This document shows, one piece after another, positions 22,174 to 34,100 of a stretch of DNA of 64,000 nucleotides. Positions within the stretch are counted from its first letter, which is position 1; each line of letters begins with the position of its first letter. This DNA comes from Phoronis australis. Taxonomy: Eukaryota > Animalia > Phoronida. The stretch lies in NCBI GenBank assembly GCA_002633005.1, contig NMRA01000096.1:62001-126000 (forward strand), read 5' to 3'. A model generated the notes under the pieces. That model saw nothing but the letters and a program-made list of their open reading frames with translations, had not been told where the DNA came from and ran no database searches. The position numbers and the translations under genes are program-made.

Positions 22174-25100
22174 ATGAAGCTGGTGTTGTTTTCTTTTACT
22201 GCAGTTTGTTGCTCCTTGTTCGTCCAATCAGCCAAGAAGGAGATATTTGTATGTTAATATTATTTTTCTCTCTCAGTCAAGCGATCAATATCCAACAACT
22301 GACTGAACATGCTGAATGTGGCAATGCCAATACGATATAATAATCATGATTATGGTGGCCTTGTTGAAGTCCATGATACTACATGTGCCACTGTTTTGCA
22401 CTATGTAGGAATCTGCGCAATCTAGGAATATTCCTACGTCACGCAGGATTGTGTAGTGATTCCAAACTTCTTCGCAGCGCAACCACATAGGAATTGTAAC
22501 TACTAGTGCGGCGACTGCATAGGCAGATTCAGGGGGGGGGGGCATTAGCCCCCTTGGCTGCCGCAAGCGAAATGAAACAGCAACAGCAAGAAGCGTGAGG
22601 AAAAATAACTAGGACTGGTAGTGGGGAAGGGAGGGGCTCATGCAGAGCCCAGGTGGCGGCGCAGTTGCGCTCCCTTTTTTTTTAGTCGACATACCTACGG
22701 AACAGAAGGGGCCCCGCAACTTTTAGGGGCACCAGTACACTTATGACCGGGCTTTGCCCAATTCCCCGAAGCAGCATGTTAGCCCCCCCTTATGGTATCC
22801 TAGATCCGCCACTGGACTGTGAATCCATTGCTCGCCTTTACAAATTTAAAAATTTGATGCTGTAGCATGAGCATCACTGGGTCCCAAACTACGTAAGCTT
22901 GTTTAAATCCTGATTTTTCACACAGTTGAGTTACGCCATGTACTGCATTAATAGTGTAGTCTACAATAATGCTAAGTGACTAATGTGCATAAAGATTGAG
23001 CTTTGCATTAACCGAACTCAGAACTGACTAAAAAGGTCCAACATGAAGCAACTCCTATGCTAACATTTGGGGTTTTGTTATCTCAACTCCTAAGTGAGCT
23101 TACTGCAAGCCAGACTGTGACCAGATTTTAGCTCGTGCTATGAGTGGCATAGCCACACTGCTGAAGAAATCCTATTTGTGCTAATTTCTCTTATAATCTA
23201 CCCATTTCAAATATTTGAAAATGGATAATATTTACTTTCAATTTCAAAAACAGACATGTTGGTGGTTTGCCTTACGTATTGTGAGTTTTTTTACCTTGTA
23301 CACTAGTACGCTAAACACAAGGCCAAGCCCATGAATAGCGACTAGCATAGTACTTCAATCTGACAGCGTTGTCAAGCCTTTGATGTGCCAAGGAATGCTC
23401 TGGATACTCTTGGGTGTAAACAGCACGCTTTCTCATCTACTTGTTTGCAAATCCTGTTAGCATAAGATTTGCCTAATAAGCACACATTTCATGGAGTAAA
23501 CAAAATATGACAAAGTGACCAAAAACACCTTCAAAAAGGCAACATTTCCCTTCGGGGCCTCTTTCACGATGGGCACGCGCAGTGACCGTCAATGTAGATT
23601 TATGTTTCTTTAAAGTAAGACAATACAAAGGGAATAATACATTTCTGTTGGTTAAATTGAGAGATTACAAACATATGTTTTATTTTAATTTATGTTTAAA
23701 TGATTTCACATCGCACCCATAAAGACAATGTTGAGTCGATTTTCCAGCAGCCGTCATTGTCTCACTCTTCCACAGTCGATTGTGTGCCCCTTGTGGCCTC
23801 TCGACATCACCAATTTTTGTCTTGCTTCCTCGGTGGCGCCCCTGACTTACCACAACTCTGGCTAATTTTTCCCAAATAACAGAGATGACTGTGACTGATG
23901 AGCCCAGTCCCCGCCCACTAGTACTCCTGAGTATTAGTGGGTGGGGACTGGGCTTGTGAGCGGATATTAGAAAACAAAATTATTACTTTCGACCAGCCAC
24001 TGGCTTCACATAAATCCCAAACTAAGTACTCAGTTAAACGATTCTTAAATTTGACTTTTTACGCTTTCTTTGGTTATCATGAGATCATGGAACAAACTGA
24101 GAACTTCTAGGCTATAAAAAAACTAATTTAAAAGAAGATGACGTGTAGGGTTTAGGTAGCAGAATTTTTGTTTGTTATCAAAGAAACTTTATGAAGATTT
24201 TAATGCGAGACAACTGCAACTATTCCGCAGAACATAAAAATACTCATTATTTGTAAGTATGTCTGCTTTAGAACTGATTTTTAAAATTTAACGGGCGAGT
24301 CAGACAATTCTGGTAGGCTCCATGTGACAACTGGAACCAGTTAAGAGGAGTGCACACAAAAATACATTAAACATCTTTAATTGAAGATTGTGTATAGTTC
24401 GTAAATCTGTAGGCCTATAGCATTTCTGTATAAATTCTTCTTGTTGATCACTTACCAGTAGAGGTGTATGGGAAATAACTTATTACACTTATCTTGATGT
24501 TTCGTAGCATTCACTATAGATTCTCATATGCTGATCCTGTAGTGCATCATGTTACGTCGACGCAGTCGCCTTTGATTTAGTTTCATTTTTGACATTGTTT
24601 TAGTATGCAGTAAATAAAAGAATTGAAAGAATTGTCATTAAATGACTGCTAGGTGTAAATTTGGAAATCGCTACAGAAACGGTTTTCACATACCCAACAA
24701 TTTATTGTGTGCGTGTTTGTTGTTACTGTACACTTGCAGTGACGTAATACTTGCTTTGAAAGTGGTTTTGAAAAACGCATTCTTTATCACTTTGGCTTGT
24801 TTATTACCACATGTTAAAAGTGCTGCGAACGTGTTTCAAAAACTAAATCTGAATTTGCCCATTCAGGGCCAGTGGCATTGTTAGATTTACTCATCTGCAA
24901 CTATGATTTCCATACCTATTGAGCAGTATTGTGTGTGTGTGAGTATCAACTGCCATCAGGAGATCAACTTACAGTGCATGAAAAGTGAGCAAAACTGAAG
25001 GCACTGATGTCGCGCCTGAATTGATTAAGTAAATTGTTTCTTCACCTGTTGTTATTGTCTTCCAGAAAGCTGCAGAGGAACTTTTGGGAAAAGAAGACGA

Positions 25101-28100
25101 AAGACTCTCTGGTGACAAGATAAAATGCAGTCGCCAGAAGATCACCAATAACTTTATCAGTAACCTAAGACTCACGGGTCAGGTAATTGTCATGTGTTAT
25201 CAAGTGATGAATAAGTGGTAAACATGGAAAGGCGTTATTAGCTTGGAATTAATGACTTGCTAGTGGCCATACATTGCAAATTAATGTACATAGTCATTTA
25301 GTCCATCATGTTCTTAGCGGCTGCTGTAGTTGTTGTGCTTAGGTTTAGTTTGACTTTGGTAAACCATCAGAAGTTATGTGGATACTGCAAATTACTGTAA
25401 AGACTTCGGCAGATCCAGGATTTTGAGTTAGGGGGGTCAGGGCAGATTATTAGCCAGGATTTTGTCCGTCAGATATTCGCACCCTCGAACTGCCAAATAG
25501 AATCTGGACAAATTTAGAGGGGGGAGGGCATGTCCCCCTTGGGCCCTCTCTAAATCTGCCACTGCGACTGACATTAATTCTTTTTATTGTCTTAATAAAG
25601 TCTACGAAAGTGATTTACCTTTCAGAAGTGTTTTATAATTTAATGATTTGATTTAGTGATTTTTATTAATAACTGACCAGAAATGTAAACATTTTGTTAA
25701 TTTTCAGGTTGATCAAGGCATTGCCTGTGTAATTGCCAAACTCAAGTCTGACAACACCAATGGTCATCTATGGTCAACCCTCGGACACTTTTACCAATCT
25801 AAACCTAAGCAATACTATGCTTCGCTGTCAACTACTGCTTTCAAACAAGCAGTCAAATTTTCAGGCAAGCTAACAGCTATAACAGACTGGTCATTCCTTG
25901 GACCTTTTGTTATAGGAAAAATAGAGCTTGATGGTGACCCTGTGGAAGAGTTTGGTGGCATAAGGAAACTCAGTCGATTACGGTTTCAAAAAGGTCAGCG
26001 CATGTTCTCAGAGCTGCTGGTTGGGGGCCATGTCGAGTGGACGCAAATCAAGCAGGCTGGCACAGACTTTATTCAGATTTCTCCAAAAGTGCAATGGGGT
26101 GTACTAATAAATGCTCTTGGTTCCGTTGGCATTACAGAGTGGCAAGGATGGCTGGTTGGCGACTTTGTTGTGAATGATAAAGATGTGAACGCGCTTGTTC
26201 AATGCCTGGGGGTTCACACTGCATTCGTGGATGATATTCCTGTCACTGGTGATGTGTATCGCAGGAGTCAGTTCTGGTATTCTACTGGACCTCTGAGCAA
26301 GGGTGTTCACACTTTGTATATCAAAGTGAGAACTAAAGGCCAAGCAGCTGTGAAGTGTGACATCAAGCAAATGACGTCGTCTTTTGAAATCCACAACCCA
26401 TCGTTTTTGCCAGACTTGGTGAATGGATATTTGTTTTCGAATTACATAGCTTTACCTTTGTCCAATCAACACAGTAAAAAATGGTTAAGAAACATCAAGG
26501 TTGTAGTATCTAGCCAAGAAGATGGACAGCCTCTGACTATAAAAACGCTCGACAAACTCGCGATTGCTCCAGGACAAACAAGACCTGTCAACTTGAGACT
26601 ACAGGCTGCTAGTCAGAAAGTTATGGAGAAATGTGAGGACTTGAGTCTGAAATTAAAGGTCAGTACCTCAGAAGGACACAACATTTTTCCACTGTCACTC
26701 AGATGCAGAAAGGAAGGTGAATCGTTTCTGTTTACCTTCTTGGACCACGATGGCTCAGTTCAGCAAGCAGCAGCTGTGCATCCCATCTGAGGTTGCCTTG
26801 GTAACACATGTCCTACTGTGCTAACTCTGCATGGGACCACGGTACCACCACAAAATCAAGCGGACAGTTATAAGAGAATGGAGAACGGGAAGTTTGTGTT
26901 TGGTGTTGATGGCGCTTGGTTATTGGCTCCAACCAGGTGAGGATGATGTTTGGTGTGCCTTGGTGGCAATCTTTATTGATTGATTGATTGATAGATGTAG
27001 GTTTGACAAAAAAGCAAACATGTAAATGGACAAGGCCATATTCTCGTCCGGCAACAATGTCTCATTCTGTGCTTTGTTATAATGTCTGCGTTATTATCTT
27101 TAAATGTTTTTTAAAATACATTCGGGTGTGCAACATCAGATGAGTGTACTAAGTATGAGTGGAGAATTACCATACCTTTCAATGAGGACATGTCTTTACC
27201 ATCCTTTTGATGTTTGTCACCATTTCTTGTTTACTCCAATGGGATGTTTGAGGGGTCTCTTATTGTGTCGGGCTTTACTTGAAATGTTCACTTTGAAGGA
27301 CGTTGTTTGATTACTGCTTGGATTCAAGTTTCATGACAAATGTTGTGGTCATGTTTTACAGACTAATAACTTACAAATGTTAATCAGAACTTGGATTTAG
27401 AAATGTCAACACTTAGTCAAAACAACGTTCAAGGGTATGAAAGCCCACAGAACATTTTTAGTTTTTTTAATTGTCAAACTTTAAAAAGTTTTATAATTAG
27501 CAGTGATGAGGATTTTTGACTGTGTGCTGTCAACTGTTGAATGTATGATAAATTCCTGCGCAGAGAACAGGTGTGTGTAATTCTGAATTGCTTCACATAT
27601 CTGTTTGTTAGTGCATTTTACCTGCCTATGAAAGTATACCATAGAGAACAAAATTGTGACTGAAACTCACAATATTTTCCTTCAGACATGGTGCCCACAA
27701 CTGGGAAGGACCAGGATGTTTGACAGCATTGACGTCACTGTCACGTTTGAGTGAACTTACAAAGGAAGCATCTTGGATTCAATTTCAAGCAAGTGAAAGA
27801 CATGTTGTGTATGCAGGTAAAATTGAGATACTTTTCCTTTTTGTGTCCTTGTGTTATTGTTTAGAATTTAGGTATCATGACAAAAGCACCGATGTCCCCC
27901 TTGGATGGAATGGCCTTAAATGGTACACTGGTATGGTTTGTACATGGTTATATTGCTAAGAATTGTCACTTTCCATGTAGCTTCAAATAAGGGAATTTGA
28001 CCAAATGTTGTTTATGACATCTACACAGTACAAACTATGCTTGTTTTAGACTAAGATGTTCTGTCTATTTTTTCAAATTGAAATTTCACTTGTTATCCAA

Positions 28101-31100
28101 ATTGCGTAGTAAATAAATAAAGAATTTCTTTAATCTGTGACCATCTTCTGTGACCATCAGTTTCTTGTTAGTGTTGACTTCATGTCTTCCTGGCCATTGT
28201 GTTCTAGTCATTAGAAGGGAAGATAAGTGGTTTTATCATCCTTGTCTGAGTCTGCTAATACAATTACATAACCCACCATCATGCCCCTTTATGTGGTAAA
28301 TGGAATGTAATATGGTTCAGAAATGGGATAAGTGCAGCTTGCGTGTTGTTTTATAAGTCCAAGCAATGCAACCTGTGCTTCTGAAAAAGTGCTATTATAC
28401 TTCCTGTTACAATTATAGTAAAATCGTACCAGTTTTCGACAAGTAATTTTCAAGTGAATGTCCACAGTTTTTTAAGATATTGGGTGGTTGCTATGGTAAC
28501 AGAACTTAAACGTAGATAAGCAATGGGTGGTGCATATCTTTTATAGAAGAAATGAGTGAGTGAAATTTCACTTGTATGCCATATGGGGTCCTAAATTGGT
28601 GACATATTACCATTTACAAGAAATTGATTGAGATTTAGCTCTTTTGTCATGAGATGAGACATTATGATTTTGCTAATGGAACTAGATGGCTGCAGCAGTC
28701 ACTCTTCCCCCTCTTGGTGACTAATGGTGCGTAATAACTACTCCATATTTAGGTCACTCCATGGGAGGGCATGGTGCATGGCATCTAGCAACACACTATC
28801 CAGACAGAGCTTTAGCTGTTGTCTCTCTCTCTGGGTGGATAAAGAAAGAAGAGTATGGTGACAGTAATCTATTTTTTCGGTATGTTTAGTCGATTTGTAT
28901 CTGATCAGTGATGTTATTAAAGCCAACCTTGATCGGTTATGTGAATTTGCTTAGCGTTGCGTTGCTGCAGTGTGGTGTGCATATCACTCTGAGCACACGT
29001 TCAATGTCATCAATTTCTAAATGTAACGAACTATTTGGTGTTCTATGTAGACCCCTATTCAATACAAATATGTGGTTGCGGCCTTTCATTCCTCATACTG
29101 TGTTTTCATAGTGCAATTATACCAGTGTGAAAAATCTTCAGGTATCATTCGACAAGCCTATGTTTGATTAGTAAATTGTGTTTTCTTATATGGCTAAGGT
29201 ACTGGTGGAGGTATCTGGGTTGTCCAGTATATATCTGCTCAGGGAAAGCTTTAATGTAACCGAAAGAAATCAAATGTTACAGTAGTTGTAGTTCTTCCCT
29301 TAGTGATATGCCTTGAAGTAGGCAACCATGGATGGTACATCTCATTCTATTCTCATATTTACAGACATGATATCTCAACTAGTCACACTGATCCAGCTGT
29401 TAAGTCTGTCATGGAGGCTTGCATTGCTGAAAACGATGCGGATCGTCATGTTAGCAACTTGCAGGTAGTGTGGTGGTTATAGTGCTTACATTTCTGACTC
29501 CAGATCATGCTTTAGTAGAATATCACCAATGTGGTGCAATAAAAGAAGTGACGAAATTGAAATTTTCCTTTTTCAAAGGTGTCTAACATTGTCATGAATG
29601 CACATAATCTCTTAAAAAGAATTTAGAAATGATAAAGCATCAATTATTTTGTGCTGCCTGTCTTCATAAGAAAACAAAACATAAAAGTGCATTTGTCCGT
29701 CATGTTGTGTTCAAAATTGGTGAGATTTTGCCCGATGTGTTTTGATCGCATGGATCTCAATTTTATTTTGTTTGTAGTGGTTAACTATGTCTCATTTTTG
29801 TTGCTGGGCTCATCATAACTTGATATTACCATACAATTTCTCAATTTTGGACACTTAAGTAGATTTCGAGAAACTGCCAATACTGCACCCCGTGCCATGT
29901 GAAAGTAATTCTTTCTTCAAACTTAAATCTCAGTACACAATGTAAAAGTAATAGGTAGACTTTCTGGTTCTGTTTCTTTATTAAAGCTATAAGTTCTCCA
30001 CCCTTCAGGACATCCCCGTACTTATCCGCGTGGGTGCCAATGATCAGACAGTTCACCCATTCTACCAACGAAGGATGTATCGCCTACTCAAGGAACACAA
30101 CATCAGCGTTACGTACACAGAGTTGGATGGCAAAGAGCACTGGTGGTGGGACACGTGGTATGATTTGATGGCACTTGGGGGGGGGGCAAACTCCTGGTCA
30201 CCATTAGAGTTTTTTCCCATTCAATGACTTTACCAGACTATGCCGTTTCTGAACATGTGATGACGTCTGGCTCCTTTGCTGACTACTGAGCGCAATCTTT
30301 TGTCTGGTATGACATCATGCTGGCTAATAATCTACTAGGCTTCAAAGAGTTCCTGAAGCTGTAATGCATTCGGACAGAATAGATTGTCTTAACTTCGGTT
30401 GTAGTTGGGCGATTTTGGTGATTTGAAAACTTAACACTATCAGCATTTAACAGCATGGCCCAGTCAGGCTAGATACAATCTCATCAGAGATTAGAGCAAT
30501 TATCGAACAAAAGAGAGCTGGCCCTCCAACCATAAATACCACAATGGAGTTAATCAATCGTGTAAGATACTGCCTCTACCAATCAACTGGCCAGCTTGTT
30601 CATTTTGCCATCTGATTGAACAAGTTAGGGTCAACGGGAAAATTCCCTAATGCACTATTCAGGCTTTTCTCATCTGAAAATTATTATACAAAAGCAATAT
30701 AATTGTCATGCTAGGGGCGCAGTCAACCTGCTGCAGACATAAAGTCTCGACCATCGCGTTGCGTAGATATAAGATACTTATGTTGCAATTATGGCGAGAA
30801 ATTTTCACTTGCGGAATGGAAACTGAATTGTATACTGTAATTCAACATCGCAACCTCATCAACCAATCACTTCAATGGCTGCATTTTACTAGTAAGACAC
30901 TTCAATATGTTAGTAAGCTCCTAAGCACACTTGTGAGATTTTGCACGATCTTGTTTTTTCCACGGGATTCTTGCATCTACATAACGCACCCTGGAGTCTT
31001 GCTAACCCTTCTCGACCATTAAGTGATATCACACATAATAGAACGCAATTCATTTCAACTATGGCAATTGTCTCATTACATTGTCCTTTACTCACTGACT

Positions 31101-34100
31101 GAACATTGCTCACCTGAAAGTTCTGCAAATGGCAATTATGTTTCTATGACACCAGTGTATTGCATTTGTAGGAATGGTCACCCTTGATACTGGCGATGGA
31201 TAGTTAATCAGATTTATACCTAACCTGCATCCTTAAACCACCTGTTATTAATAATTATAGTAAAAAAGATCTAGTGGAACAAAACAACCGTTTGACAGTA
31301 AGCGGTGTTTTATTACTACAGTGAAATGCTTCTAAACAAATAAAGGAGAGTGTACTTCGCGTATAATTTAGTGCCATTGAAAGTAATACCAATTAATACC
31401 TTGCAAGTTTGTAAGCAAAAGATTTGATTAATTAAACAACTTGTTTTGACCATCTTTTCACTTTTAATCTAGGGAAACAAACGATGGTGGAACAGTGAAT
31501 GACAAACAGGTCAGAGATTTTGTAGCACAATACACTACCATTAGAGATGATGTCAGTTCATGTTCATCTGATGGTGAATGCATTGAGGATGTGGCAGACA
31601 GATATAAAGGACGTGTTGCATTCACACTAACACTTTACAACCCAGCTCTTGGGGAGGGGATGAGAGGAGTCTCTGTTGTGCAACAGATGTCACCATTTAG
31701 ACTTACGCATGTCGAGGTAAAGCACCAGGGCGAGATAAAGTAAACATATAGATGCTGAGGTTGGCCAGTAGTGTAATATATCAAATAAACGCAGAAAAAT
31801 CTGGAACCCCAACTGGAATCGAACCACAGGTCTCTTCTAGATTGCCGGTCTAGTAGTGCTCATACCACTGAGCTACTGAGGATCCGATATCTGTGCAATT
31901 ACTGTTTACAGCCAACTGTTATGTCATACATCCCACGAGCAGCGTTTTGCCTTTTTCTCACGGGATTTGAACAATTATGTATACAATCAGTAATTTACCA
32001 GTATGTGTTTATTAGATATAGTAAATATATAGACGCTGAGGTTGGCCAGTTGTGAAGTATATCAAATAAACACAGAAAAATCCAAATCCCGTGAGAAAAA
32101 GGTGAAACGCCGCTCATGGGATGTATGACATAACAGTTGGCTGTAAATAGTAATTGCACAGATATCGGGTCTTAAGTAGCTCAGTGGTAAGAGCACTACT
32201 AGACTGGCAATCTAGAGACCTGTGCTTCGATTCCCAGTTAAGGTTCCTGATTTTTCTGTGTTTATTTGATATATTTCACAAGGGTATGGCTATCTACCAA
32301 ATTGACATTTAATGCTACCATAACTCACATTGTTAAACAATGCTTTTGTTACCGTGTAACAGTATGCAAATATGGAACGATCCCGAGCCAGCATGACATC
32401 AGGTACTATTGTTCTCCCAAGAGCAACATGATTTGATTTGCTTTAGGTATCGATCTACATTTGTTTTGTTACATGACCACTATCAGATGCTTTTTTCCTC
32501 TGATTTTTTCATTTCTTATTACATTAGCTTGCTTTTGCCTGCCTTGATGTACTGACATGGCCATCTCGCTTTGTGATCGGGATTTATGGTTTTTACAGCG
32601 GCTGATTGGTCAACATCTGACATCCAGGCGGCGTGAATGAAAAGTGATATTCTACACTAATTTGGTCAATTTTAAGCTATATCGGAAGCTGTAGTAAAGC
32701 ATTTCAGCCAGTCACAGGGCAGAAGTACCAGCTATTGTGTAATGATTGAAATTGGTGTTGGGGGTATAGTGTCACATTTGTGCTGTTGATCCCAATTTTT
32801 ATGAGTCGTTTTATGTTGGAGTCTGTGAAGTTAATATGCTTATAATACCAGCAGAAATTTTGGTATTTGATCAAAGCAGCAGTGCACGGGAATGATTTTT
32901 TTCCCTTAGCCTGTTATGTCATAAACAATGTGTCCCTCTTTCCAGGTGGTCGTTGATGGCAATAGTGTTGTCCTGGTGACCAACAATGTGAAAGCCCTCA
33001 AACTGGGAACTGCTAATAACAGGCCAATCAAATGGATTGGGAAAAATATTACGGTAAGCATTTGTTGAAACAGCTTGTATGTATGTGATCGAATTGCATT
33101 TATCTGTTGTGTTTTTAATGACAGTTCCTTCCAGATACTTTGTTTTAACAGACTGCTTTACTGTACAAGAAACAATTTGGCAACAACGGTTGTTAAAAAA
33201 ACTCCATTAATTAAAGTGAAATTACTTGCCGTTGCTTTCAAAATACGGATGGATGAAATGGTTTTGTTTTTGAAACAATTACTTATTTTCGGTTCTGTGT
33301 GGAGGCAAGTGGTTGCATTATTTATGTTAATATGATTAAAGATGCACACCAACATTAGACTTTTCATTTTAGATTGATCACCAAATGGTAAAGACAACAA
33401 GTGTGGAAGTTAATGAGTTGGTCCTCTACAAAAACAATCATGGTATTTTTTCATAATGTTAAGCCTGTGTTTTCTTATGTATTGTGATGGTAATACTCAA
33501 ATTTAGACTTTTATAATTTATTTGTTGTTAACTAATTTACATAATTAGACTGGTTTCACAATGTTGCAAATAGCTTAAATGATCAGAGTTCCATGGTGTT
33601 GAATTCCTTTTGGATTTTCCTCTGACAGTTGATATTGAATAATCGTTTGGCATTGCGCACCCATTGCTGGTTAGTTTGAGAGCATGAATGACGCACCTGG
33701 GCCCAGTTGCATAAAAGTTATAAGCTGTATAACAACATTGCCGTCGCATTACCACGCCCCATGTAATCATTGTTGAATAATGCACCTGACGTCATGCAAC
33801 AATCAAATTTATCCAGCGGATAACTTTGAAGTTTTATGCAACCCAGCCCTGACATTCTTTGATTTGTTACATGACAACACTAAAAAGCCATAAGCTATTG
33901 TCAGGCTGTGCTCTACTTAATTGGACAAAGTAATGAGTGTTTGTTGGCATGAATATTGTGTTCAGTTTTATGAGGACGAGTAAACAGATTACATTAAATT
34001 TGATAGAGGATGGTCCCAGAATGCACAGCGGCTCTTGAATCTTGCGGTGTTTTCCCACAATGCTGCAGCAACCTTTGAATAGATCTCGTGTCATTTGCTA

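Noticed and set aside
25942-26790. Stand-alone 282-aa ORF
   Set aside because: It is the middle of exon 3 (25708-26936) of the spliced hydrolase, and its end is the internal TGA.
32167-32247. Functional tRNA-Ala gene
   Set aside because: Extra bases before the anticodon stem, imperfect acceptor and T stems, a non-eukaryotic GGC anticodon, and it is embedded in an inverted repeat.
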